This document shows, in pieces, positions 1 to 8,401 of a stretch of DNA of 51,608 nt. The stretch comes from an uncultured Anaerolineaceae bacterium (GTDB taxonomy: Bacteria > Chloroflexota > Limnocylindria > Limnocylindrales > CSP1-4), in NCBI GenBank assembly GCA_964529245.1, contig CAZGUS010000003.1:1-51608 (forward strand). The letters are read 5' to 3'. Numbering within the stretch: position 1 is the stretch's first letter; every line of letters begins with the position of its first letter. The translations under genes and the position numbers were made by a program. The notes under the pieces are model-generated. The model saw only the letters and a program-made list of their open reading frames with translations. It had not been told where the DNA came from and did not search any database.

Positions 1-12
1 CCGGCGGCCCCC

Positions 13-537
13 GTGGCGCCCGTTGTGCCGGCGGCCCCGCCGCTCGCCGCGCCGCTCGCGGCAGCCGCGCCGGCCACGCCGATCGCGCCGCCATCGCCCT
101 ACGCCCGGCCCGCGCGCCCCGCCGACGAGACGCTCGTCGACGACAGCCTGGCCGACGCCGACGCATTTGCCGACGAGGAGCCCGAGGACGCCGAACCTGA
201 CGAGGACCAGCCGAAACTCTCGCTGGCCGAGCGCATCAAGCGGACACCCCCCGCGCTCGTCATCCTCACCCTCGCCGCAATCGGCTCGACCGGATTCCTG
301 GGCTACGAGCTCGAGCGCCGCACCGCCCCGATCGCCGTCCTGAGCTCGGGCGCGTTCGTCGCCGGCCTCTGCTACGTTGCTATTTCGATCGTGTGCGGCG
401 TCGCGACCTACAGGGCCGGCTCCGACGGTCGCACCCTGCGGGCGTTCGTGCTGGCCTTCATCGGCGGCACGGCGGCCATCATTGCCTTCGCCTCCTTCGC
501 CGGCGGCCTCGTGCTCGTTCTGGCCCTGGGCTTCTGA
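13..537 (+). CDS. hypothetical membrane protein with a Pro/Ala-rich acidic N-terminus and several C-terminal TM helices; the frame stays open to the left window edge, so it may be 5'-truncated
   Basis: 174-aa ORF. Hydrophobic segments ALVILTLAAIGSTGFLGY, VLSSGAFVAGLCYVAISIVCGVA and AFVLAFIGGTAAIIAFASFAGGLVLVLAL. No family recognised. Confidence 0.5.
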   Translation: MAPVVPAAPPLAAPLAAAAPATPIAPPSPYARPARPADETLVDDSLADADAFADEEPEDAEPDEDQPKLSLAERIKRTPPALVILTLAAIGSTGFLGYELERRTAPIAVLSSGAFVAGLCYVAISIVCGVATYRAGSDGRTLRAFVLAFIGGTAAIIAFASFAGGLVLVLALGF

Positions 538-621
538 GCCGCCGCGGCTCCGGCCGGCCCTCCTCCGCCTCGCCCGGCGCCGCGCCGACCGCATCCCCTG
601 GTACACTCCCGTTCGCGCCGC

Positions 622-698
622 GCCCCCATCGTCTAGAGGCCCAGGACACGACCCTTTCAAGGTTGAGATCACCGGTTCGAATCCGGTTGGGGGTACCA
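622..698 (+). tRNA. tRNA-Glu (anticodon TTC), CCA encoded
   Basis: Cloverleaf read by eye. Acceptor GCCCCCA/TGGGGGT (G1-U72 wobble). D stem GTCT/GGAC. Anticodon stem CGACC/GGTTG with loop CTTTCAA (TTC at 656-658). T arm ACCGG-TTCGAAT-CCGGT. Discriminator A at 695, CCA at 696-698. Confidence 0.93.
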
Positions 699-955
699 AT
701 CCCGCTGTTGTTCGAAGAACGGCCTGGCCGGCGGCGTCCACACGACCTGCCTCATGTCCCGGTCGCCCACGACGACCCGTCCGAACGCGATCCGACGGAG
801 TTCCTCCCGCCTTACCCGTGACGCCGCGGCCTTGGCCGAAAGGCAGGGGCCTGGAGCGCCCGGAAGCCGGCCGGGGTAGATCGCCGATCCCTGGGTGGCG
901 GATGTGGGCCTTCCTGTCGGGGCTCAGTGGACCCTTGGGTTGAAAACGGTACGCC

Positions 956-2158
956 TCAACCGCAGGAAAGAAGCCCGTAGTTTGCCTTGGCTTCAAGAAC
1001 CTGGAGGGCGGCCGCGTCGACCTGGGTCGCGAAGAGCGTGTCCGACCGGGCTCGACTCAGGACGGCCGCGGCCATCTCAGCTGCCGGGTCGACGCCTCCG
1101 ACGAGGATCAGGTCCCCGCCCGCCCCGATGAATTCGGTCGCTCGGATGCCGGGGGCGAGAGAGGAGACGGCGGCCGTCGCTCCGAGATCGTCGGAGACGA
1201 CCACGCCCTTGAAGCCGAGCCGGCCACGCAACAGCGTCTGGATGATCGTCGAGGAGAAGGCGGCCTGGTGATCGGGATCGATGAGCGCATAGGTCGCGAG
1301 CGAGACCATCACCAGGGGCGCCCCGGCCTCTATGCCGGTCTCGAAGGCCGCCAGATACGCGTCGTTGGACGTGGTTGCGGAGTCGACCACTCCGGCGGTC
1401 GTGTCCGTGTTGCCGGCGACTCGCCCCAGGCCCGGGAAGTGCTTCAGCGTGGTGGCGACGCCGGCGTGGGCCATGCCACGTACCACCGCCGCGCCGTGGT
1501 CGCCGACGGTCGTGGGGTCGTGGCCGTATTCGCGCTGCAACGCCCCGATCGGTTCGTTGATCGCGTCCGACCCGGGCGGCACCACGTCCATGACCGGTCC
1601 GAGATCGAGATTGACCCCAGCAGCCAGCAGCTCCTGGCCCCATGTGGCTGCGTCTGCCTGAAGAGTCGCAGTCGGTATCTGGCCCTGAACGAGGGCCGAT
1701 GGGATCCTGTCGAAGCCCGGGCCGCTCAGGCGCTGGACCTGCCCGCCTTCCTGATCGGCCGCAACGAAGAAGCCGACACCGTCGGTATTCGCGCCGGTCG
1801 CGAGTGCCTGGATGGAACTCGTAAGCGTCCGAACGCCGGCGACTCCACCGGTTCGTGAGTTGACCAGATACGTCGACCCGATGTGGTTGGTCTCGATGGC
1901 GGATGTCTCGGCAGCCGAAAGGCGATCGCCTTGGATTCCGAGCACGAAGAGCTGCCCAACTCGTTGTTCTTCGGTCATGTTGGCCAGGGCGTCCGGGGCG
2001 CAGGTGGCCGAGCTCTCGCGTGTCGGACTCGAGCCGTCCGTGGCGCCCGGCCCGGTAGACGTCGGAACCGTCGTCGTCGCGCACGACGCGGTCACGATCG
2101 CTGCCAGACAAAGCGGAAGGGATCGCCACGCCCACGTGGGGAGCCATGATCGTGCCAT
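956..2158 (-). CDS. glycoside hydrolase family 3 beta-N-acetylhexosaminidase-like lipoprotein (NagZ/LpqI-like)
   Basis: GH3 N-terminal domain motifs ADQEGGQVQRL and KHFPGLGRVAGNTD. Lipobox-like signal LCLAAIVTASC. ATG at 2158; the ORF track starts two codons upstream at TTG 2164. Confidence 0.85.
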   Translation of the reverse strand: MARSWLPTWAWRSLPLCLAAIVTASCATTTVPTSTGPGATDGSSPTRESSATCAPDALANMTEEQRVGQLFVLGIQGDRLSAAETSAIETNHIGSTYLVNSRTGGVAGVRTLTSSIQALATGANTDGVGFFVAADQEGGQVQRLSGPGFDRIPSALVQGQIPTATLQADAATWGQELLAAGVNLDLGPVMDVVPPGSDAINEPIGALQREYGHDPTTVGDHGAAVVRGMAHAGVATTLKHFPGLGRVAGNTDTTAGVVDSATTSNDAYLAAFETGIEAGAPLVMVSLATYALIDPDHQAAFSSTIIQTLLRGRLGFKGVVVSDDLGATAAVSSLAPGIRATEFIGAGGDLILVGGVDPAAEMAAAVLSRARSDTLFATQVDAAALQVLEAKANYGLLSCG

Positions 2159-2278
2159 CGCCAAAGGTTAGGCGATCCCCCGCTCGGGCTTACGATTCGA
2201 CAAGGGGCGGGCTATCGGAGGCCGACACGACGGCTTGATCGTGGTGCGGCCGCCTCTGCGCAAATGGGTCGGCGCGAC

Positions 2279-2866
2279 CTACGGCAAGCCGGCGACTCGC
2301 GGGGCTGGGGAGCAGATCGCGAGCGCGTGTCCCTTCACGGATGAAATTGTGATCGGCCCGAACATCCTCGAGTCATTCGAAGAAGAGCGGTTGTCCCCGA
2401 GCACGAACAGGTCCGCGGGACCGAGCTGCCAGCTCGACGTCCCCGCCATTGCCTCGGTCTTCGTGCCTGCCGAGAGGTAGGGTTCGTCGACCGCCTGACC
2501 GTTGATCTCCACGGCACCGTCCGCGAGGTCCACCTTCTCCCCAGGCAACCCGACGATGCGCTTGATGAACAGGCCGGGGGAGCCATCCGGGCTGCCGAAC
2601 GTGACAATCTGGCCTCGGTGGAAGTCGGCGGCGGCCGACGGCGCCGTCCCTACCAGGACAAGGTCGCCCGTGGCGAGAGTGGGGATCATGGAAATGCCCT
2701 GGTTTGACAGCTGTGTCGATCCGGCCGGCCTGTTGGCGCAGACCGAAGCCGCGTCGTGTGAGCCCGAAGCCCCGGACGCCGGGGTGCCCGTTTGGGTCGG
2801 TGCCGAGCCACAGGCTGCCATGGCGACGGGCACAAACAGCAACAGTGCCAGGTGGTTTCGCCCCAC
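2279..2866 (-). CDS. lepB: signal peptidase I (S26 family), with an unusual lipobox-like N-terminus
   Basis: Catalytic Ser box SMIPTLATGD, Lys box FIKRIVGLPGEKV and GDNRSSSNDSR box. GTG start at 2866. N-terminus LALLLFVPVAMAACGS. Confidence 0.85.
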   Translation of the reverse strand: MGRNHLALLLFVPVAMAACGSAPTQTGTPASGASGSHDAASVCANRPAGSTQLSNQGISMIPTLATGDLVLVGTAPSAAADFHRGQIVTFGSPDGSPGLFIKRIVGLPGEKVDLADGAVEINGQAVDEPYLSAGTKTEAMAGTSSWQLGPADLFVLGDNRSSSNDSRMFGPITISSVKGHALAICSPAPRVAGLP

Positions 2867-3071
2867 ATCGACCTCACTTGGGTGCCGCTCAGCCGCCTGA
2901 TTGGCAGCTTGAAGGCACCCTGGCCCAAATCGTCACGGTGAGGGTCGCTCGCGTCAATGGCCCGGTCCGGCCTCGACGCTAAGACTAGGTCACTCGTGGC
3001 CGGGGTGGCCGTGTGCTCGCCGAGCGCCACGCCACCAGCCCCCGGGCTGTCACGAGCACCGCACCTGGACT

Positions 3072-3611
3072 CTACCGGGCTTGCTCCACACGAAAGACCG
3101 GCACGTCGGCAGATACGCCGGCGAAGTCCTCGATCGGCGCGGACGGATCGACCGTGATATGCGGGCGCGCACCCACCGCTCGAGCGAGGTAGGCCTTCAG
3201 GATTGCCGGACGCTCCGGGACAGGGACCTCCACCAGGCGCACCGGAGTGCGGGTACCGTGGCGGAAGACGGCGTGGCCGCCGGCTGCTCGGACGTTGCCG
3301 ACCCATGGGGACTGCTCCCCGAGCATCGAGACGACGTAGCGTTCGCCGTAGTGTTCGCCCAGAACGATGGGGACCGCGCGGACCTTACCGCTCCGACTTC
3401 CTACTGTCTCGAGCGTCACCATGTATGACGGCGTGAGCCCGCGGTCGGAGAGAGCTACCCAGAAGCTGCCGAACAGGCGTCCGGCCCGATTGGGGCGGCC
3501 GTCGGAGTAGAAGAGGCGATTGCCGCGACGGTACGCGTCGGTGCGGTGGTAGAGGGCGTAGGCAAGAACCGTCGCCCCAAGGGCGAGTACCGCGGTGCGT
3601 CGAAGTCTCAT
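3072..3611 (-). CDS. nitroreductase-family deazaflavin (F420)-dependent oxidoreductase-like protein (DUF385) with an N-terminal TM anchor
   Basis: ATG at 3611 gives MRLRRTAVLALGATVLAYALY followed by TLETVGSRSGKVRAVPIVLGE...SPWVGNVRAAGGHAVF, the DUF385 pattern. The upstream part of the 382-aa ORF is Arg/Gly-rich and overlaps the better 3731-4300 gene. Confidence 0.7.
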   Translation of the reverse strand: MRLRRTAVLALGATVLAYALYHRTDAYRRGNRLFYSDGRPNRAGRLFGSFWVALSDRGLTPSYMVTLETVGSRSGKVRAVPIVLGEHYGERYVVSMLGEQSPWVGNVRAAGGHAVFRHGTRTPVRLVEVPVPERPAILKAYLARAVGARPHITVDPSAPIEDFAGVSADVPVFRVEQAR

Positions 3612-3730
3612 ACGAGGAATTCTCTCACTCCAATCGTCGTCGGCGTCGCTCCGGATGGGACACCAAGGTGAGCCCAATGGACCGGGGCCAATCCCAGGGC
3701 TGGCAAGACCGGGGTGACGGCCGGCGGGGA

Positions 3731-4300
3731 TCAGGCCCCAAGTTTCTTGTCCAACTCCAGCATCAGATTTGCCGGCGCGTCCAGGTGCAGCGTGACGCCG
3801 ATGTCTCCACGGTCCTCGGGGCCGCGATCCCACCCACCCGCCAGCGACACGTGGCAGGCGGTCACCTTCCCCATGGATGCCACTCGGTCGATGACCGGCC
3901 GATACCGTGCAGCATCTTCTTGGGAAAGATAGCCAACCTTCCCCCAGGGCTGGCCCGACCTCGTCGGGACGATCACGACTCTGACCGCATCGGGGCCCGG
4001 CGCGCTCGACGGCTCCGGCAGGAGGGTCGCGACCTGATCGGGGTTTCGGGCGCCATTGGTGGTCCGGCCACCGGCGATGCTCTCCAAGATGTCCTGGTAG
4101 CGAGAATCGCCCGAAACCTCGACTGTCGCCTTGTCCTTGGGCTGGAACACCACTGCAGCCAACTTGGCGTTGAAGGATTCCCCGACCGGCCAGGTCGTGA
4201 TCGGGCCGGGCGGCGGCCACTGCTCTGCGTCTGGCACGGAAGCCGCCCGCCCGCTGTTACTCACCAACCGTCTCAAGAACCCCATACCGAGCGCTGCCAC
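3731..4300 (-). CDS. hypothetical protein, HIRAN-like domain (tentative)
   Basis: 189-aa ORF with high third-position G+C. Pattern VSGDSRYQDIL ... LLPEPSSAPGPDAVRVVI ... KVGYLSQEDAARYRPVI ... CHVSLAGG resembles standalone bacterial HIRAN proteins. Confidence 0.55.
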   Translation of the reverse strand: MAALGMGFLRRLVSNSGRAASVPDAEQWPPPGPITTWPVGESFNAKLAAVVFQPKDKATVEVSGDSRYQDILESIAGGRTTNGARNPDQVATLLPEPSSAPGPDAVRVVIVPTRSGQPWGKVGYLSQEDAARYRPVIDRVASMGKVTACHVSLAGGWDRGPEDRGDIGVTLHLDAPANLMLELDKKLGA

Positions 4301-4587
4301 CTTCGTGCGGGTCTAACGCTCACAACATACGCCTTCTGCACGGGTCGGGTCGCCGCGACGGAGCCGCGCCCAGGAGGCTCGTTGCTCGCCGTCCCATCAG
4401 CACTGGTGCTCCCGCAAACGGCTGCGTGGTCGCGTCGCCGATTAGGTCGATTGCCTTCGCCGCTCTCGCCAAGCTGAAGCCGAGTGCGCCACAACAAGTG
4501 TCGGGAAGCCGTCCGCTTGACAGTGCGACCGTCGAGAGCTACGGCGCCACCGCTGGCCCGCCGGCTTCGCACTACCGAGATGCCCGC

Positions 4588-5394
4588 ATGTTGCTTTCCG
4601 ACCTCCATCCCGCGGTCTACGAAGCCCGCGTCGCGCAGCTCCGACTCGCCCGTCAGCTTTCGGATCGGCACATGCGGTTCGCGGCGCGGCAGGATCCCGA
4701 TCCTCTGCCCCACGTCCTGGTTCGCCACTCGTCCGTCCTCCGCCGGAAACTCGGCGACGCAGACCCGCGGCTGCAGGAGACCAAGATCGTCAACCTCGGG
4801 CTCGCGGTCCGCCCCGTGGATGGCCTCGTGCTCGACCCGGGAGAAGTCTTCTCGTTCTGGAACCGGGTCGGCGAGCCGTCGGCCCGTCGGGGTTTCGTCG
4901 ATGGCCTAGTGCTCGCGCGCGGCCAGGTCCGCGTCGCCACCGGCGGCGGCCTGTGCCAGCTGTCGAACCTGCTGTACTGGATGGCCCTGCACGCGCCGTT
5001 CGAGGTCGTCGAGCACAATCGTCACGGCTTCGACGCATTCCCGGACGACCGGCGCGTGCTGCCCTTCGGCAGCGGGGCGACCGTCTTCTTCAACTACGGC
5101 GACCTGCGGCTGCGGAACCCGACCGACATGTCGCTCCAGCTGCGCGTCTGGCTGACCGACACCGAGCTGTGCGGCCAGATCCGCGCCGACCGACCGTGGC
5201 CGCTTTCGTACCACGTGCAGGAGCGCGAGCACCGGTTCGTCCACGACCCGGACGGGCGCGTGTTCAGGGAGAACGAGATCTGGCGTCGCACGGTGGACCG
5301 GACTACGGGCCGCACGCTGAGCGAAGAGCGGATCACCGCGAACCGCGCGCTTGTCACATACGACGTGCCCGCGTCGAGGTTCAGTCACGCGTGA
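4588..5394 (+). CDS. VanW family protein
   Basis: VanW core EVFSFWNRVGEPSARRGFVDGLVL...GGGLCQLSNLLYWMALHAP...HNRHGFD...GSGATVFFNYGDLRLRN. ATG at 4588 preferred; the frame is open from 4426 (alternative start). A TTGACA lies at 4517-4522. Confidence 0.75.
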   Translation: MLLSDLHPAVYEARVAQLRLARQLSDRHMRFAARQDPDPLPHVLVRHSSVLRRKLGDADPRLQETKIVNLGLAVRPVDGLVLDPGEVFSFWNRVGEPSARRGFVDGLVLARGQVRVATGGGLCQLSNLLYWMALHAPFEVVEHNRHGFDAFPDDRRVLPFGSGATVFFNYGDLRLRNPTDMSLQLRVWLTDTELCGQIRADRPWPLSYHVQEREHRFVHDPDGRVFRENEIWRRTVDRTTGRTLSEERITANRALVTYDVPASRFSHA

Positions 5395-5512
5395 TCGCGA
5401 GCGAATGACATTCTGAACTCGGAGCGCCGGCGGAACCTGGCGGTATGGAGCAAATAGTCCGGTAGTCCGTAACAGTGCCCCCGACCGCCTCCGGAGCTGC
5501 CGAGGCCAAACC

Positions 5513-5779
5513 CTATGCTTGACCGGAGGAGCGTTGGCCGACGAGCAGCCGGTAGGCCGCCACCACCAGCACGCCACCGATGACAGCGACGACGATGCTT
5601 TCGAGGTTGATGCCGGTGACGTCAGCGATTCCCAGGACCGTGCCGGCCAGATAGCCGCCGACGACGGCACCGACGATGCCCAGGATGATCGTGGCGATGA
5701 CGCCTTCCGAACCACCCATGATCATGTTCGTGATGAACCCGACGATCGCCCCGAGGACGATCCAAGCGATGATGCCCAT
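5513..5779 (-). CDS. GlsB/YeaQ/YmgE family (transglycosylase-associated) stress membrane protein
   Basis: 88 aa from ATG 5779: MGIIAWIVLGAIVGFITNMIMGG...GIVGAVVGGYLAG. GAGGAAG-type RBS upstream. The rest of the 194-aa track ORF overlaps csbD and is rejected. Confidence 0.85.
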   Translation of the reverse strand: MGIIAWIVLGAIVGFITNMIMGGSEGVIATIILGIVGAVVGGYLAGTVLGIADVTGINLESIVVAVIGGVLVVAAYRLLVGQRSSGQA

Positions 5780-5811
5780 GGTGACGCTTCCTCTATTGGA
5801 CACTGCCAGTG

Positions 5812-5834
5812 GACGAGGGACGATTGCCCTCGTC
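5812..5834 (-). terminator. perfect 8-bp GC-rich hairpin between csbD and the YeaQ/GlsB gene (terminator, attenuator or processing site; no U-tract)
   Basis: GACGAGGG (5812-5819) / 7-nt loop / CCCTCGTC (5827-5834). On the minus strand it lies 38 nt after the csbD stop and 33 nt before the next ATG. Confidence 0.35.
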
Positions 5835-5871
5835 TTCCAGATCAGGCCGGCGGATGCATGCCATTCGCGAC

Positions 5872-6057
5872 TTATCGCCGGTTCGAAGGGTTCCGGCCGG
5901 CGTTCTGGATGTCGGCCACGCTCTGCTGAGCACTGCCTTCCACCTGCTTGACCTTGCCCTTGGCTTCCTCGCGCCTGTCGCCGGTCAACTTGCCGAGACC
6001 TTCCTCGATTTGACCCTTGGCCTTGTTGGTAGTGCCCTTGGCGTGCAAATCGGTCAT
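5872..6057 (-). CDS. CsbD family general-stress protein
   Basis: 61 aa: KGTTNKAKGQIEEGLGKLTGDRREEAKGKVKQVEG, typical CsbD. RBS GAAGGAG lies 7 nt upstream of the ATG. Confidence 0.85.
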   Translation of the reverse strand: MTDLHAKGTTNKAKGQIEEGLGKLTGDRREEAKGKVKQVEGSAQQSVADIQNAGRNPSNRR

Positions 6058-6234
6058 TTCGGTGCTCCTTCAGTCGTGGCCTCTCAAAGTCGAGCACGAG
6101 ATTCCCATGCCCGATCTCCGAGCCTAGACTCGATCCGGCAGGGTTTCGAGGATGGGAACCCTCCCAGTCGGCCGAGGTCGACGCGCATCCATGGCCTCAG
6201 CGCCGAGCGTTACATCCTCGGGCGGGCCCTCGAG

Positions 6235-7035
6235 CTAGGCGTCGTCCGGATCCAGCACCCATGCCAGGTCGTGGTCCAACGGTGCGAGTAAGGGATTCAG
6301 CGTTGGGTCGAGGAACGCGTGCGCGGCTTCCAACAGCGGAAAGCAATCGTTCTCGACTTCCGCCGCCCTGCGCAACTCGGTCTCCAGGCAGGCCCTGACT
6401 TCGAACACGTTTCTGACGGCCAGCCCGGCGATTGCCTCCCAGCGTGTGTCCAGGTCCGGATCTTCGATGCGAGCCCAGAAGGCCGAGCGGATTTCGGGGG
6501 AGTCATCCTGACGAAGCCTCGCCAGCCCGAAGGTCGACCATTCGCGGACATCGGCGTCGACGTCGGTCATCAGACCCATGAGCGTCGGGACCACTTCGGC
6601 CCCCGGTCGTCCCCCGAGTGCACAAGCGACCGAATGGCGGACCTCAGCGCTGGGATGTCCTGCCAGTCTGACCAGGAGCGGGACGGCGACGTCGTCGGCC
6701 TGATGGCCGGCAGCGGAAGCCGCCGAAACCAGAACCCCAACCGGTCGGTCCGGGGTGAGGCAGTCGCGGATGATCCGCCTGGCGTCCTCCTGGCACACCC
6801 GCTCGGGAGTGCCGAACTGCGAGAGCATGTCGAGTCCGTCGCAGACGCGTCTCGGGTCGGTCGACCGGCACAACTCCGCGGCGAGATCGAAGGTTGCCCG
6901 GCTGCCTCTGCCGTGGAGTTCGGCGATCGCACGCCAGCGCTGGTCAGAGTCGATGTCCTCTGCGTCGAGAACTCGCCGGACCAGTTCGCTGTCAGCGAGC
7001 CGCTTCAGGTCGTCGAGAATTGGTGGATCGGTCAT
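6235..7035 (-). CDS. HEAT-repeat protein
   Basis: 266-aa helical protein with repeated D..VR..A..ALG-type units (SAEVRHSVACALGG, DADVREWSTFGLAR, DLDTRWEAIAGLA). ATG at 7035. Confidence 0.6.
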   Translation of the reverse strand: MTDPPILDDLKRLADSELVRRVLDAEDIDSDQRWRAIAELHGRGSRATFDLAAELCRSTDPRRVCDGLDMLSQFGTPERVCQEDARRIIRDCLTPDRPVGVLVSAASAAGHQADDVAVPLLVRLAGHPSAEVRHSVACALGGRPGAEVVPTLMGLMTDVDADVREWSTFGLARLRQDDSPEIRSAFWARIEDPDLDTRWEAIAGLAVRNVFEVRACLETELRRAAEVENDCFPLLEAAHAFLDPTLNPLLAPLDHDLAWVLDPDDA

Positions 7036-7161
7036 GGCAGCGGTCGATGATAGCGTCGGAGCCCTGCCGGACTAACGCTCGTCGCCGGCGACACCACGGG
7101 CGCCAAGACGCAGGTCATCGTCGATATCAGGGGTTATTACGAGTAGGCTCCGGAGACGCAA

Positions 7162-7196
7162 GGGGCCGGGCCCCGAAGACCTCGGTCCCCGGCCCC
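7162..7196 (-). terminator. GC-rich hairpin 18 nt downstream of the aldo/keto reductase stop (candidate intrinsic terminator without a clear U-tract)
   Basis: GGGGCCGGG (7162-7170) pairs with CCCGGCCCC (7188-7196). An inner CCGA/TCGG stem closes a 5-nt loop. Confidence 0.5.
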
Positions 7197-7213
7197 GTTC
7201 TCGGCCTCCTGCC

Positions 7214-8239
7214 TCAGGCTTCGCTGGACGCCGCCCAGAGGTTGATCCCGCTCTCCGTCGCGTAGCGGTCGATTTCGGCTAGCTCGGCCGGGGAGAACTC
7301 CAGGTTGCCGAGCGCGGCGAGGTTCTCGTCGAGCTGGACAACACTGCCCGCTCCGATGACCGCCGAGGTCACTCGCGGGTCGCGCAGCGTCCAGGCGAGC
7401 GCCATCTGCGCCAGGCTCTGTCCACGGCGTTTCGCGATCCCGGCGAGCGCACGCACCTTGGCCAGAATGTCGTCGCCGAGGAAATCGGGCGAAAGGGAGC
7501 CACCGGCCGCGGCCCGCGAGCCTGCCGGTACGCCGCCGAGGTACTTGCCGGTCAGCAGCCCTTGGGCGAGGGGCGAGAAGACGATACAGCCGGCCCCTTC
7601 CTCGCCGAGAGCGTCGAGCAGACCGCCCTCGATCCAGCGGTTGAGCATCGAGTAGGACGGCTGGGCGATGGTCAGCGGCGTGCCGAGCTTACGAAGGATG
7701 GCCGCAGCCTCTCGCGTGTGCGTGGGCGAGTACGACGAGATCCCGGCATAGAGGGCCTTGCCCTGCCGGACCGCGGCGTCGAGGGCGGCCATCGTCTCCT
7801 CGAGCGGCGTCTCGGGGTCGTAGCGGTGGGAGTAGAAGATGTCGACGTAGTCGAGGCCCATCCGGCCGAGGCTCTGGTCGAGGCTCGCAAGAAGGTACTT
7901 GCGCGAGCCCCAGTTCCCGTATGGTCCGGGCCACATGTCGTAGCCGGCCTTGGTGCTGACGATCAGCTCATCCCGGTAGCCGCGCAGGTCGGTGGCGAGG
8001 ATTCGACCGAAGTTCTCTTCCGCCGAGCCGTAAGGCGGGCCGTAGTTGTTGGCCAGGTCGAAATGGGTGATGCCCTGGTCGAAGGCGCGGCGGAGGACGG
8101 CACGCTGGCTGTCGATCGGCCGGGCGTGCCCGAAGTTCTGCCACAGTCCGACCGAGATCGCGGGCAACTGGAGCCCGCTCCGCCCGGATCGCCGGTACTG
8201 CATAGCGTCGTAGCGAGTGGCTGCAGGAACGTACGTCAT
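7214..8239 (-). CDS. aldo/keto reductase, YghZ/L-glyceraldehyde-3-phosphate reductase-like (Kv-beta type)
   Basis: MQYRRSGRSGLQLPAISVGLWQNFG...GITHFDLANNYGPPYGSAEENFG...DIFYSHRYD...GKALYAGISSY. 341 aa, typical length. Confidence 0.9.
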   Translation of the reverse strand: MTYVPAATRYDAMQYRRSGRSGLQLPAISVGLWQNFGHARPIDSQRAVLRRAFDQGITHFDLANNYGPPYGSAEENFGRILATDLRGYRDELIVSTKAGYDMWPGPYGNWGSRKYLLASLDQSLGRMGLDYVDIFYSHRYDPETPLEETMAALDAAVRQGKALYAGISSYSPTHTREAAAILRKLGTPLTIAQPSYSMLNRWIEGGLLDALGEEGAGCIVFSPLAQGLLTGKYLGGVPAGSRAAAGGSLSPDFLGDDILAKVRALAGIAKRRGQSLAQMALAWTLRDPRVTSAVIGAGSVVQLDENLAALGNLEFSPAELAEIDRYATESGINLWAASSEA

Positions 8240-8401
8240 AGTCCCATTATGTCCCTCCCCGCCGGCATGCGGCGAGGGCGGTCCGGCAGCCGATCCCGCA
8301 GCCGTCCCACTGGCAATGTGTCAGGGCCGGCCTCAATTCGGCGCGGCCCGCGCATACTGTCAGGCGTCCCATTGCACGTCAGCAAGAGGTGGACCGTGGC
8401 G

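Noticed and set aside
699-955. Possible integration site or island boundary next to tRNA-Glu
   Set aside because: I saw no integrase, no repeat of the tRNA 3' end elsewhere in the window, and no compositional break. It is just a 258-bp spacer before the convergent GH3 gene.
3612-4220. N-terminal 203 codons of the 382-aa ORF ending at 3072
   Set aside because: It overlaps the better-supported HIRAN-like gene in another frame and is Arg/Gly/Pro-rich. The DUF385 protein starts at ATG 3611.
4588-5394. VanW as an indicator of a glycopeptide-resistance cluster
   Set aside because: No vanHAX, vanRS or vanY/Z genes are nearby. Standalone VanW-domain proteins are common and of unknown function.
7562-8401. 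280-codon extension upstream of the zinc-ribbon/LURP-one gene (515-aa ORF)
   Set aside because: It is antisense to the aldo/keto reductase gene. The true start, ATG 8402, follows an RBS.
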